Positions 8,153 to 18,286 of a stretch of DNA of 64,000 nucleotides are shown here, piece by piece. Below the pieces are notes generated by a model. It did not search any database and was not told where the DNA came from. It was given only the letters and a program-made list of their open reading frames with translations. Within the stretch, counting starts at the first letter, position 1; the number at the start of each line of letters is the position of its first letter. Origin of the DNA: a virus; the IMG/VR virus record IMGVR_UViG_3300047494_000112, positions 123,325 to 187,324 of that record; one strand, 5' to 3'. Made by a program: the position numbers and the translations under genes.

Positions 8153-9400
8153 TTGAACAAAAAGCAGAAAAGATTCTACAACTTACTAATCAAGAAAACT
8201 AGGGGCGCGTTCTTAGTGCGAGGTCATGCAGGTACAGGTAAAACTTATCTTGCCTGTCGTATAATTGAAAAGTTTTTAGACGATGGAAAAACTGTCACTG
8301 TTTTATGCCCTACGCATCAAGCCAAATATCAGTTTTCAGCCAAACTAGAACAAAATAAGCGTCTTGAAATCGATACTGTAGCCAGTTTTCTTACACAATT
8401 TCCTATAGTAGATAAAGCTACAGGTGAATTGGTGTTTCAAAGAGGTGGCTACGGTGGGTGTGATTCTGATTTGTTGGTAATTGATGAAACTTCAATGGTC
8501 TCTGAATATGAAATGAGTGAACTCCTAATAGCCAAAGAATTTGTATTAGTCATTTTCTTAGGAGATTTTGAGCAACTTCGACCAGTAATGAAAAAACAAG
8601 GAGATCTGTACAAACAGCTAAAAACTTTTACTTTAACACAACAACAGCGCAATGCAGGACCCATTCTTGAAATGTGTTCTGAATTGCGAGAACGCTTATT
8701 TTATCCAGTCAAGTCTGTAGTTAAAGACAACGGGAGCATTATCGTTCACCATACTAGGGAACAACTGATAGAAAAATTTTTAGAAGACTTGCAAAAAGAA
8801 AAAGTAAAATATAACCTGTGCTATTTAGCATACCGAAATGCGACAGTAGAGCAAGTTAGAATAAAAGCACACCGATTACTATATGGCTCTGCCTCGTTTA
8901 CAAAGGGGCAGTACTTACGTTTAGACGGGCGATCTCATGCAGGTAATAATGGCTCAATACTAAAAGTGTTAAAAGTTGAAGCGAGTGAAAAAGTCAAAAT
9001 AGCTGGACTGCTTGTTAGGCTCTTTACACTCAAGATTCGTAATCTTGATTTAAAGCAAGCTTTCCATGTTGATATGGTAGGACCTAAAACTCAGATAAAG
9101 CTAAAAAATCTACTACAAGATTTGTATAATCAATCTGCAAAGTGGTTTCGGAAAAATCATATCAAATGGAAAATATGCCAAGAAGAGATCAAAGAAATAA
9201 GGCAAGTGGTAATGTATAGTTGTCCATATGTTTCTACTGTACACAAGTCTCAAGGTAGATCAATACCTCGTGTTTATGTAGACACTTTGGATATTAATAG
9301 TGGAAACGATCGCAAACGTTTAATGTACGTCGGTTGTTCTCGAGCCATTGATAAAGTACATACGGTTCGAGTACCTGATAAATCTAAAAAGAAAAGATAG
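8153..9400 (+). CDS. SF1B DNA helicase, Dda/RecD-like
   Basis: Walker A GHAGTGKT; Walker B VIDETSM; LGDFEQL; TQQQRN; TVHKSQGRS; LMYVGCSRA. Confidence 0.9.
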   Translation: MNKKQKRFYNLLIKKTRGAFLVRGHAGTGKTYLACRIIEKFLDDGKTVTVLCPTHQAKYQFSAKLEQNKRLEIDTVASFLTQFPIVDKATGELVFQRGGYGGCDSDLLVIDETSMVSEYEMSELLIAKEFVLVIFLGDFEQLRPVMKKQGDLYKQLKTFTLTQQQRNAGPILEMCSELRERLFYPVKSVVKDNGSIIVHHTREQLIEKFLEDLQKEKVKYNLCYLAYRNATVEQVRIKAHRLLYGSASFTKGQYLRLDGRSHAGNNGSILKVLKVEASEKVKIAGLLVRLFTLKIRNLDLKQAFHVDMVGPKTQIKLKNLLQDLYNQSAKWFRKNHIKWKICQEEIKEIRQVVMYSCPYVSTVHKSQGRSIPRVYVDTLDINSGNDRKRLMYVGCSRAIDKVHTVRVPDKSKKKR

Positions 9401-9407
9401 TATGTTT

Positions 9408-9482
9408 GGCCGGTTAGCTCAGCGGTAGAGCATTCCCTTTACACGGGACAGGTCGGCGGTTCAATCCCGTCACCGGCTACCA
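9408..9482 (+). tRNA. tRNA-Val (TAC)
   Basis: Acceptor GGCCGGT/ACCGGCT; loop ttTACac; TTCAA T-loop; encoded CCA. Confidence 0.93.
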
Positions 9483-9487
9483 AAATA

Positions 9488-9563
9488 TACGCCTTGGTGG
9501 AATTGGTAACACCCCAAATTTTGATTTTGGAGATTCCTGGTTCGAGCCCAGGAGGCGTAACCA
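9488..9563 (+). tRNA. tRNA-Gln (TTG)
   Basis: Acceptor TACGCCT/AGGCGTA (U1-A72, typical of Gln); ccaaa-ttTTGat-tttgg; TTCGA; encoded CCA. Confidence 0.9.
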
Positions 9564-9567
9564 GTAT

Positions 9568-9652
9568 GGGGTCGTGGAGGAATGGCATACTCTTCAGACT
9601 TAAAATCTGACGCCCGTAGGGATTGTGGGTTCGAGTCCCACCGGCCCCACCA
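9568..9652 (+). tRNA. tRNA-Leu (TAA)
   Basis: Acceptor GGGGTCG/CGGCCCC; tcaga-ctTAAaa-tctga; long variable arm; encoded CCA. Confidence 0.93.
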
Positions 9653-9675
9653 AAATTTATAACAAAGGAAAACAA

Positions 9676-9909
9676 ATGAAAAATCTATACGTGCATACAG
9701 TGTCTGTGCCCAAGTTTGCTTTTTGGTACGACGGAGAAGGAATGAAGTATCGTACTGGGCCATATCTGTTTTGGGAAAAACTAATTCGAGACTATGGACC
9801 AGCAGGTGGCAAATGGTCGGCTCTACTAGGAGGTTTTACTCCTTCAATTAGGTTCAAGAACAAGACGGATGCAAATAATTTATCAGTATATTTGTCGTTG
9901 TTCAAATGA
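9676..9909 (+). CDS. Hypothetical protein
   Basis: AAGGA RBS before the ATG at 9676. Confidence 0.65.
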   Translation: MKNLYVHTVSVPKFAFWYDGEGMKYRTGPYLFWEKLIRDYGPAGGKWSALLGGFTPSIRFKNKTDANNLSVYLSLFK

Positions 9910-9943
9910 AGGTAACTCTATCACAGTTAAAAAGTGAGATGCT

Positions 9944-10141
9944 ATGGGTCTCAGTTACGGAGAGTGGCTACGCAAGTCTAATGAAACAGCGGACATTAGA
10001 CAAGCATATGAGATGTTTGACCAAATGACCTTGTCGATTGGTAAAAGTTATAGAACTGAAATTTTCAACGCTATCTATCATGAAGCTGAACGTCGTTGGA
10101 AAGAAAGAAAAGAGCAATATGACACAGAAGACGGGAATTAG
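9944..10141 (+). CDS. Hypothetical protein
   Basis: Short ORF overlapping the topoisomerase start. Confidence 0.5.
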   Translation: MGLSYGEWLRKSNETADIRQAYEMFDQMTLSIGKSYRTEIFNAIYHEAERRWKERKEQYDTEDGN

Positions 10142-12029
10142 GTTAACGCAATCAGAAAAAGATGTCTCCTACTTTAAAGACGATCTGCACAAAATTCGAG
10201 CTAAGCCACAAATGTACGCTGGTGCGACAGACGTCACTGGCGTTTTTACGCTTCTACGTGAGATATTAGATAATGCAGTAGATGAAGCTAGAGCAGGACG
10301 AAATAATCAGATTGATATTTGGCTTACTGAAAAAGCATTTTGGGTTCGTGATTTGGGTACCGGAATACCTGTCAAAAAACATCCTGAGGCAAAAATTAGC
10401 ACACTCACTCACATTCTGACTAGCTTACAGTCATCAGCAAAAATGACCTCAGGCAAAGCTTACAAGACTGCTATCGGAACCCACGGGGCAGGACTGAAAG
10501 TTACCAATGCTCTTAGCAAACTATATAGAGTATGGACTTACAGGCCTGATGCTGATGGCTGGCACCATACTGAATTTCAAAGTGGCGTTGAAAAAGTAAA
10601 AGTACAAAAAAGTAACGCTCCAAAGTTACCTGACGGAACAAAGCCAAAATCTGGCACTGTAATGATGTTCATTCCAGATGAGGTAATATTTGGCAAGTTT
10701 ACCAAAGCTTGGTTAGGCTCTGATACTCAAAAGATAAAAACCCACTGTAAGATTATAGAACAGTGGAGTGAGATGGCTGCGTATATGAACGCAGGGCTAC
10801 AGGTTACTTTTACTTTTCGAGATCAAAAACCCAAGGTTTGGAAATTTAAAGACGGTATTTATGCCTATACAACAAAGCGCCTATCTGATCTAAACGCTGA
10901 GCCTATTAACAAGAAGCCAATCTTTCATACGTCTCAAAACATGGACTTGGTTCTTTCCTTTGCCGATGTTGAAGGATGTGAAATAGAGTTTTTTACCAAC
11001 ACTATCAGAAACATTGAACAGGGAGTTCATGCGGATGCTTTGTATAAAGCTATGTTTGACTCCCTAAAACCGTTTCAAAAGAAGCTAAAATACACTCCTA
11101 CTGACCTCCGGGACGGATGTGTCGGTTTGCTAAATTATAAGATTGATGCTCCACAATTCGATAGTCAGACTAAGGAAAAACTTGTTGACGGGAGAGTAAA
11201 GGAGTCCTGCTACAAAGAATGTTTAGATACTTTGGAGGAATACTGGAAAAAGAACAAATCTATAGCTCAACAAATTGTCAAACGAGCTTCAGAACTACGG
11301 AGCATGACGGCTGATTTCTTGAAAGATAAAAAGCTGATAAAAAACGTCAATGCAGCTAAAAAGAAAATGAGCGCCAAGCTTGCTGATATTGTGGGAAATA
11401 CACCAGTTGAAAAGACTGAGCTGTACCTAGTTGAGGGCGACAGTGCAGGCGGCCAAGCAAAGGCTGCTCGCAATAAATCTTTCCAAGCCGTTTTTCCTTT
11501 AAAAGGGAAACCATTGAATGTAATGACTGCAAAAAAAGATAAAATTAACAACAATAAAGAGATTGCAGGAATACTTGCTGCCATTGGTCTGGACATGAAT
11601 GCCAAAACTCCTACTGATAAAGTTAGATACGGAAAGATTATATTTCTAGCTGATGGTGATGATGACGGTCACCACATTAATGCTTTACTGATTGGCTTAT
11701 TTTGGAAATATTTGCCAGGCTTGTTCAAACAAGGTCGAATATATCTAGTTGATAGTCCAAAATACATCACTCGATATAAAGGCAAAGTTCACTTTGCTCA
11801 TACAAAAGAAAAGCTGTATAAAAGACTAGGAACTCAAAACTTGACTATAACCTATTTGAAGGGCTGGGGGGAACTTAATGCTATTGACATGAAACCTCTT
11901 GTGTTTGATACAGAGAGTAGAAAATTAATCAGACTAACTGTACCGAATGATAAAAAAAGCATCAAAGATTTTGAAGCTATGCTGAGTAAAGACAAAGAAC
12001 TTCTTAGAGAAGATTTAGGGCTTAGCTAA
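10119..12029 (+). CDS. Type IIA DNA topoisomerase, ATPase/TOPRIM subunit (GyrB/ParE-like)
   Basis: EILDNAVDE; DLGTGIP; GTHGAGLKVTNALS; EGDSAGG; PLKGK; DGDDDG; YLKGWGE. Confidence 0.95.
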   Translation: MTQKTGIRLTQSEKDVSYFKDDLHKIRAKPQMYAGATDVTGVFTLLREILDNAVDEARAGRNNQIDIWLTEKAFWVRDLGTGIPVKKHPEAKISTLTHILTSLQSSAKMTSGKAYKTAIGTHGAGLKVTNALSKLYRVWTYRPDADGWHHTEFQSGVEKVKVQKSNAPKLPDGTKPKSGTVMMFIPDEVIFGKFTKAWLGSDTQKIKTHCKIIEQWSEMAAYMNAGLQVTFTFRDQKPKVWKFKDGIYAYTTKRLSDLNAEPINKKPIFHTSQNMDLVLSFADVEGCEIEFFTNTIRNIEQGVHADALYKAMFDSLKPFQKKLKYTPTDLRDGCVGLLNYKIDAPQFDSQTKEKLVDGRVKESCYKECLDTLEEYWKKNKSIAQQIVKRASELRSMTADFLKDKKLIKNVNAAKKKMSAKLADIVGNTPVEKTELYLVEGDSAGGQAKAARNKSFQAVFPLKGKPLNVMTAKKDKINNNKEIAGILAAIGLDMNAKTPTDKVRYGKIIFLADGDDDGHHINALLIGLFWKYLPGLFKQGRIYLVDSPKYITRYKGKVHFAHTKEKLYKRLGTQNLTITYLKGWGELNAIDMKPLVFDTESRKLIRLTVPNDKKSIKDFEAMLSKDKELLREDLGLS

Positions 12030-13465
12030 TGGAAAAAATCAGAGAAAAGTATTTTACTGTTGCGGGTAAAGAAGCCTACTATACATACTCTAATATGGTC
12101 AATGAGGATCGTTCCATTCCTACTGCATTAGAAGGTCTCAAACCCAGTGGACGAAGAGCCTTGTGGACTTTGCATACCTTGGGGCTTACTAGTAAAGCCG
12201 GGTATATGAAAACGGCAAGAGCAATTGGAGAGTGTCTTGGAAAATTTCATCCCCATGGTGACAAAAGTTTACACGATACATATGTTACCTTAGTTCAAAG
12301 TCCACTGTCAATGGCTGACGGTTCCGGCGGCTGGGGCAGCTTTGCGAATCCAAAAGGCATTGCTGCCATGAGGTATTCTGAAATTCGCATGTCGCTTTAT
12401 AGCGAAAAGGTTTTCTTTGACAAATTTTATCTTCCAACTGTAAAGCTATATCCAAACTATGACGGTAAAGAAGTTGAGCCGTTGATCCTACCCTCTTTGG
12501 TACCTAATCTTCTAGTAAATGGAAGCTTTGGTATCGGCGTAGGTGTAAGTACAAGCAATCCTAGCTTTACCTTTGCAAGTGTTGTAAAAGTTCTGATAAA
12601 GACTTTAACTAGTAAAGAACCCTGTACGCCAAAAACTTGTATGGACTTGGTGTTTACTTCAAAGTACGAAGGTATACCCGTATTTAGTAAAGACGAATTT
12701 TTACGACTACATAGAACAGGAAAAGGTAAGGTAAAATTTGTATCTAAATACACTTTGGATCCCAAGAAAAAAGAAATGCGAATAACGCAGTTTGCACCTT
12801 TTGGTAGCTTAGAAAAATGCTTAGAAAAAGCATTAGCAATGAAGACTGTTGCGTCTGTTAATGAGATATCAGACGTGACTGATAAGCACGGGACAATTTT
12901 AGTCAAATTACGCATGACTGGTAGCGAAGCAGAGTTAAAGAAAGAAGCAGATAGAATAATTGACCAGGCTTTTTCAGCACAAAAAAGCTACAATATTAAG
13001 GTGCTTGATCGAGAACTAGATGAAGATAAACAGGATACAAAACGTAAATTGCGAGACGCAATTACTCCTGAGTTGATTAACGGCTGGATAAAATATCGAA
13101 TAGCAATGGAAATTGAAGCTTGCCAATATTGGATAATTCAGGTTCAAAAAGAAATTGATTACCGTTTGCTTTTAATTAAAGCTGTTGACCAACTTGAAGT
13201 CATCATTAAAGCTTTACGTCAAAAATTTTCAAAGGACGAATTGCGTGCCTACGTTGCCAAGCACATGAGGATAACCTCTGATGAAGCTGAAGTTATTATC
13301 AATCTAAAAGTGTATCAATTGCGTCGGCTTGAAGCTAATCAGCTAAAACAGGAAATTGAAGAGAGAAAAAAGACAATTGCCGGTTACAAAGAGAGGATAA
13401 AAAATCCTGCTACCTATATCGCAACCCAACTAGATGGTTTTGCAAAAACTTTTGCCAAAACCTAA
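12029..13465 (+). CDS. Type IIA DNA topoisomerase, cleavage subunit (GyrA/ParC-like, no C-terminal pinwheel)
   Basis: EGLKPSGRR; GKFHPHGD; catalytic AAMRYSE; LVNGSFGIGVG; only 478 aa. Confidence 0.95.
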   Translation: MEKIREKYFTVAGKEAYYTYSNMVNEDRSIPTALEGLKPSGRRALWTLHTLGLTSKAGYMKTARAIGECLGKFHPHGDKSLHDTYVTLVQSPLSMADGSGGWGSFANPKGIAAMRYSEIRMSLYSEKVFFDKFYLPTVKLYPNYDGKEVEPLILPSLVPNLLVNGSFGIGVGVSTSNPSFTFASVVKVLIKTLTSKEPCTPKTCMDLVFTSKYEGIPVFSKDEFLRLHRTGKGKVKFVSKYTLDPKKKEMRITQFAPFGSLEKCLEKALAMKTVASVNEISDVTDKHGTILVKLRMTGSEAELKKEADRIIDQAFSAQKSYNIKVLDRELDEDKQDTKRKLRDAITPELINGWIKYRIAMEIEACQYWIIQVQKEIDYRLLLIKAVDQLEVIIKALRQKFSKDELRAYVAKHMRITSDEAEVIINLKVYQLRRLEANQLKQEIEERKKTIAGYKERIKNPATYIATQLDGFAKTFAKT

Positions 13466-13498
13466 TCTGGTAAAATATACATGAAGGGGTTACTCTAG

Positions 13499-13729
13499 AT
13501 GGAAAAAGAAATATTAACCTTTGCTCAAGCAATTGAAATAATGGACAAAGGCGGAGTAGTCTGTCTTGGAAAAGAGGCAAACGTTATCTACAAAAAAATT
13601 TTTGGTCTGTACGTTAAACGTTTCGGCTGGTTCAGCGTAGAGAATGCCGTCTTTCAAGGCGAACATTTTAACTTGCCTTGGTACGAAGTTAAATCCGTCG
13701 ATGTAGCAAAGGGAGAGGCTCGTGTCTGA
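13499..13729 (+). CDS. Hypothetical protein
   Basis: ORF in operon context. Confidence 0.6.
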   Translation: MEKEILTFAQAIEIMDKGGVVCLGKEANVIYKKIFGLYVKRFGWFSVENAVFQGEHFNLPWYEVKSVDVAKGEARV

Positions 13730-14567
13730 TAATCAAGAAGTATCACTAGAAGTAAAGAACGCATTGCAGAGCGCTTTGGATGACGTCTCAGATAACCCTC
13801 TTACAGAAATGCGCTTATATGTCTTTGAACAAATGATGGAGCTACTTAAAAATGTACCCGATCAATTTGAAACGTTGGCTGTTGCTCGTTTAGCATTGAT
13901 AGGCAATGTAACGGGTTTGGTTCAGCAAAACGCTAACTTAATGTCACTTGTACAAAGTGTCTGTGAGTGGTTTGGCGTTACTGTAAGAGTAACTGCTTAC
14001 AACGGCACTCAAGTATTTGAGCAAGATTTAGCTATTGTTGCAGATTCAAGATACGATATTAAAACTTTGCAGCAAGCCATGATTTCACTAAAGGCAAAAA
14101 TCAATATTATTGTCAGTGAAGCCGAAGCTAAAGGCAAACTGCACGATGAATTGAACAACAAAATTATCAACATGACCGAAGAAACGGTTAGACTGCAAAA
14201 TCGAATAAAAGAATTTGCAAACGCTCCGCCTCCTTTGACAATTGAAAAACCCTTTCGTTTAGCGCGCTCATTCATTAAAGATGGACAAGTGCGCTTTTTG
14301 TACATTTGCAAAGACGAGACTGGTGATCAAGGATACAAAGTCACTAAGCATTTAAGCAAGGCACTAGCTTGGGATGATGCTGGTAAGGCAGCAGAACGTT
14401 TGGTGCATCTAATGCAAAACGCTTTGGAATATCCAATACCCAAAATTTACGATTACAATGTTTTGTCTCTTCATGTCATGAACCCTTCTACAAAGATCTC
14501 GACTGAGACCCAACTAGCTCTCTCTCAAGCTCGAATTAGAGCTGAGAAAAACTTGAAAGCTAAATGA
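13722..14567 (+). CDS. Hypothetical protein with central coiled coil
   Basis: 281-aa ORF with GGAG RBS. Confidence 0.75.
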   Translation: MSDNQEVSLEVKNALQSALDDVSDNPLTEMRLYVFEQMMELLKNVPDQFETLAVARLALIGNVTGLVQQNANLMSLVQSVCEWFGVTVRVTAYNGTQVFEQDLAIVADSRYDIKTLQQAMISLKAKINIIVSEAEAKGKLHDELNNKIINMTEETVRLQNRIKEFANAPPPLTIEKPFRLARSFIKDGQVRFLYICKDETGDQGYKVTKHLSKALAWDDAGKAAERLVHLMQNALEYPIPKIYDYNVLSLHVMNPSTKISTETQLALSQARIRAEKNLKAK

Positions 14568-14568
14568 A

Positions 14569-16302
14569 ATGAGATTAATAGACCTACTTTCAGCACTCAA
14601 AAAGGAACTAGAAGCTGCTAGAGCTTCCGATGGTTCTGAAGAGCAGCTTGAGCAACACTATCATACTTTGACTGCTAGATTTGATGAGTTAAATAAATAC
14701 AAGTTATCAGATGATGTTGTAGTCGTGGGTATCAATATTGCTGAAGTTAAATCGGATTTAAAGAACGTTAAAAACGTTTTTTATTCAGTACACTCTGGTC
14801 TACTTGATGATGAGATAAATAAAGGAAAATATTCACGCGAATTGGGAATATTGGCTGTCAAGGTAGGTGAAGCTGTCGATAGAATTAGTAAAGAATACCT
14901 AAAGACGGCAATGATAAAATTTACAGAAAAAGCCTCTCCTGCAGTTGCTTTGCAAGTTGAAGCTGCTACAGATTCAAAAAAGACTTTCAAGGCTCTAGTT
15001 GATATGAGCCAAGAATTGCAGGAAGCCAAGCATGATATAGAAGAAGCAGGGAAAATTCAAATAGGCCTCAATATAGAAGATCCTTTGCATGTTAAATACC
15101 TGCGTGAAACGCAATCAGCTCCTTCCACGCCAGAGGGTTTTCGAGCCTTGCAGGACAAGGACAAAATTAGTCATGATCCAAAGGAAGCTGAAAAAGATCA
15201 AAGAGTAAGGCTAAACAATCTGAATCAAGACGACAGAGCTTATTCTGTTCTTGAAAATTACCAAGACGGTGTACGCAAATTAGCTGCAACCCATTGTTTG
15301 CCTAATATGAACTGGACAATAGGGCGAGGTCCAGTTTGGTTCATGTCAAAACCTGCATTAAAAGAATTTCAAATCAAGGGGTTAAAAGTTAGATTTGATC
15401 CTTTCTTTCCTGGTTGGATAGTAGCAGATCAATATCTGTTAGGCATAAAGCCAAGTTTGTTAAAAGACAAAAAAGAGCTTCTGCATTCACTAAGGCACAT
15501 TCGTGAAGCTTTTAGTCAGAGGTTTTACACTCCTTTTGTATATGTTACCTTGCCGCATGTAAATTTAAACAATAAAGAAATTTCAAAAAATAAAACAAAG
15601 GAAGAGACTAATCAATACGGTCAGCTTGTGATCAATAAAAAGAAGCAGCGATCTGATCCTGGACTAAAAGAAGACATTAGTGTGGAGATTCCAAAATTTA
15701 AACCATTACCAGGCAGTAGTTTAATCTGGACCTGGTTGATGCCCGAAAACAAATATAATGCTTTGCCTTTTCTAAAAATACAAGATTTTGGATTTCCAGT
15801 AGCGCAATCAATGCGTAAATTGGATGAGCGAATGGCTAACAGCATTATTCCTTCCCTAAAAGAAGATGCTGCAAAACGAGATGCTTTGATGCGTGAATAT
15901 AGCATTAAAGTAGACAAGGAGTATTATGAACAGGTTAAACCTTTAACCGCTCAGATTAAAGAGATTGAGGAGAAAGTTACCTCAATGGAATTGACAAAAA
16001 CTGATCTGGCAACACGTTATGTCAAGCTAGAAGAGCATCTGAAAGAGTTGCAGCAAAGTTTAGCGCTGGCAGGTATAGGCTCTTTGCGAGAAAAGCTAAG
16101 CCTTGAGATTCAAGCACAAGAAGACAAAATAGCTGCTCTAAATGGACAAATTGAAGGCCATAGAGCAATTATTAAATCCTTGGGCAAAGAGTCAAAGTCA
16201 ATTAAAGCTCAAATGGCGGCTTTGCAATCTCGTATTCGTCAAGAGCAAATGAGCGCGATAAAAGCTATAAAAGAAGGGAAAAAACCGGAGGATCCAAAAT
16301 AG
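14569..16302 (+). CDS. Large hypothetical protein with C-terminal coiled coil
   Basis: 577 aa; heptad-rich last ~130 aa; no Walker A seen. Confidence 0.8.
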   Translation: MRLIDLLSALKKELEAARASDGSEEQLEQHYHTLTARFDELNKYKLSDDVVVVGINIAEVKSDLKNVKNVFYSVHSGLLDDEINKGKYSRELGILAVKVGEAVDRISKEYLKTAMIKFTEKASPAVALQVEAATDSKKTFKALVDMSQELQEAKHDIEEAGKIQIGLNIEDPLHVKYLRETQSAPSTPEGFRALQDKDKISHDPKEAEKDQRVRLNNLNQDDRAYSVLENYQDGVRKLAATHCLPNMNWTIGRGPVWFMSKPALKEFQIKGLKVRFDPFFPGWIVADQYLLGIKPSLLKDKKELLHSLRHIREAFSQRFYTPFVYVTLPHVNLNNKEISKNKTKEETNQYGQLVINKKKQRSDPGLKEDISVEIPKFKPLPGSSLIWTWLMPENKYNALPFLKIQDFGFPVAQSMRKLDERMANSIIPSLKEDAAKRDALMREYSIKVDKEYYEQVKPLTAQIKEIEEKVTSMELTKTDLATRYVKLEEHLKELQQSLALAGIGSLREKLSLEIQAQEDKIAALNGQIEGHRAIIKSLGKESKSIKAQMAALQSRIRQEQMSAIKAIKEGKKPEDPK

Positions 16303-16373
16303 TGGCTAAATTTGCTTAATGCGATCCAGACTGTAGAATACACGTGCCTAAAAATTTAAAACAGGAGAACACA

Positions 16374-17042
16374 ATGGACTTTGGTTTCGATAGCACAAAA
16401 TTAATGAACCGCTTCTTTCGCAAAGTTGATGGAGTGGTTTGGGACTTGCTTTCCGGTAATGTAGGGGTTAGGACAAACGAAGGTATTGCTAGCTTAACTG
16501 AGGAAATTGAGGAAGTTCCTTCTACCAAAGCTGGAAAAATTGTTCCAGGCACCATTAGTTATGGCGTAACCATTAACCCAATGGAGAGCATGGGATTTCC
16601 TTTGCCTGCATTTGCACAAAACACTCCTGCTTCTTCAGTAAAGCCGGGTGATCTTATCAGTGGTGCAAAAGGATTAATGGGTTGGGTTACAGACATTAAG
16701 CCCAAATCTTACAGCATAATGAAGGCTGACGGAACCATTACAAATTGGTTCCCGCCAAAGGTTCAGTTCTTTGGACCGGAAAGCGGAATTATGGTTGTAA
16801 GGTCTTTGACTAACCTAATGGGCGGCAGCAAGGACGGTGTTGCTAATCTTGGCAATATGCTTTTGCCTATGCTAATGATGAATGAAGGCAAAATTGATTC
16901 TAGCATGGAAAAAATGTTGCCGTTGATGCTGTTTGGAGGCATTGGCGGAATGACAGGTGCAGGTTCCACTGCTGGTGGTATGAATAACATGATGCCCATG
17001 CTAATGATGATGAGCATGATGAAAGGTGGAAAGTCTTTTTAA
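16374..17042 (+). CDS. Hypothetical protein with Met/Gly-rich C-terminus
   Basis: AGGAG RBS before the ATG at 16374; ends MNNMMPMLMMMSMMKGGKSF. Confidence 0.8.
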   Translation: MDFGFDSTKLMNRFFRKVDGVVWDLLSGNVGVRTNEGIASLTEEIEEVPSTKAGKIVPGTISYGVTINPMESMGFPLPAFAQNTPASSVKPGDLISGAKGLMGWVTDIKPKSYSIMKADGTITNWFPPKVQFFGPESGIMVVRSLTNLMGGSKDGVANLGNMLLPMLMMNEGKIDSSMEKMLPLMLFGGIGGMTGAGSTAGGMNNMMPMLMMMSMMKGGKSF

Positions 17043-17129
17043 CTCAGGAGAGGGGAGGGTCGACCTCCTCTCCGTCTACATTTAATCGACGTAAAAAAAG
17101 CTGGTTTGACGAATAATAGGAGAAAGTAA

Positions 17130-18041
17130 ATGGGTAATAGTAGCTGGACAGCCGTAGATAATGTTACCGGGGTAACTGCAAGCATGGCTTATGCTTCAAA
17201 TGCCAATCTGCGTAGCAACAAACGTCTTGAGGATATTTTTGTCAATAATACTATCCAAAAGACAATGGATCCCATTCATATCACATTTCGTGAATCGCGT
17301 GATTCAGAAGCTAATCCTAATTCGTTGGCTATTATTCTGGGATTGGATGTCACCGGTAGCATGGGTATGATCGCTGATGACATGGCAAAACGTAGTCTCG
17401 GAGTCTTGATGGATGAGATTCATAAGCGCAAAAATGAATATGATCCACATATCATGATCATGGGTATAGGTGACGTGGAGTACGATCAATCTTTTCTGCA
17501 AGTTAGCCAATTTGAAGCTGACTTGAGGATTGATGATGAGCTGCAAAAGCTACACATTGAAAAAGGTGGTGGCGGTAATAATTCTGAGTCTTATAATCTA
17601 GCTTGGTGGTTTGCGGCCAACAAGACAAAAATTGACTGCTGGGAAAAACGTTCACAAAAAGGTTTGGTGTTCACAATTGGTGATGAATTGCCTCCACCAG
17701 AGGTAAGTAAGACATCTTTTCGCCGCCTTTCTCATCCTGTTCAAGCTGACATTGACTCTAAAGAGCTTCTTTTAGAAGCTCAGAAAACCTATGATGTATT
17801 TCACATTATTGTTGAGGAAGGGAGTTACGCTTTATCAAGAAAAAAGCCTGTCATTGCAGCATGGACTGAATTACTAGGTAAACGCGCACTACCCTTGTCC
17901 GATTACAAGCGTTTGCCTGTTGTAATTTTATCTGCAATTGAAGTAAACCAAGGAGCTGATCCTCTTGAGGTAGCAAATTCTTGGCAAGACAAAAAAGACA
18001 AAGTCGTTGTTTTACATGCTTTCGGTTTAGACAAACAGTAA
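17130..18041 (+). CDS. von Willebrand A (vWA) domain protein
   Basis: MIDAS-like LDVTGSM; GIGD; QVSQFE; GGGGN; FTIGDE. Confidence 0.85.
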   Translation: MGNSSWTAVDNVTGVTASMAYASNANLRSNKRLEDIFVNNTIQKTMDPIHITFRESRDSEANPNSLAIILGLDVTGSMGMIADDMAKRSLGVLMDEIHKRKNEYDPHIMIMGIGDVEYDQSFLQVSQFEADLRIDDELQKLHIEKGGGGNNSESYNLAWWFAANKTKIDCWEKRSQKGLVFTIGDELPPPEVSKTSFRRLSHPVQADIDSKELLLEAQKTYDVFHIIVEEGSYALSRKKPVIAAWTELLGKRALPLSDYKRLPVVILSAIEVNQGADPLEVANSWQDKKDKVVVLHAFGLDKQ

Positions 18042-18057
18042 AAAAGGAGTTTTGAAA

Positions 18058-18285
18058 ATGAGTAACGAATTAAAGAAACACTACTATGTCAAATCTGACA
18101 ACTATTTCTTTTTCTTGACAGATCAAGAAGAGTACTGCTGGCTAGAAGAACAAGATGAAGCTACAGTATTTGATATGGATGATGCTATGACATTAGGACG
18201 AATGATCAAAAAATATAATCCTAAAGCCAAAATAACCCTATGTGTTCAAGAGATGATTGAAATTACTTTACAAGAGGGAGAATAG
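18058..18285 (+). CDS. Small hypothetical protein (paralog 1)
   Basis: YYVKS...W...DEAT.F...A pattern shared with the next ORF. Confidence 0.65.
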   Translation: MSNELKKHYYVKSDNYFFFLTDQEEYCWLEEQDEATVFDMDDAMTLGRMIKKYNPKAKITLCVQEMIEITLQEGE

Positions 18286-18286
18286 T

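Noticed and set aside
9439-9763. Minus-strand ORFs over the tRNA cluster
   Set aside because: They are antisense to three well-formed tRNA genes.
12029-13465. DNA gyrase (gyrA/gyrB symbols)
   Set aside because: There is no GyrA-box or C-terminal pinwheel, so the specific gyrase identity is unsupported.
14569-16302. SbcC/SMC ATPase partner for the SbcD-like nuclease
   Set aside because: A coiled coil is present but there is no Walker A, signature or Walker B motif.
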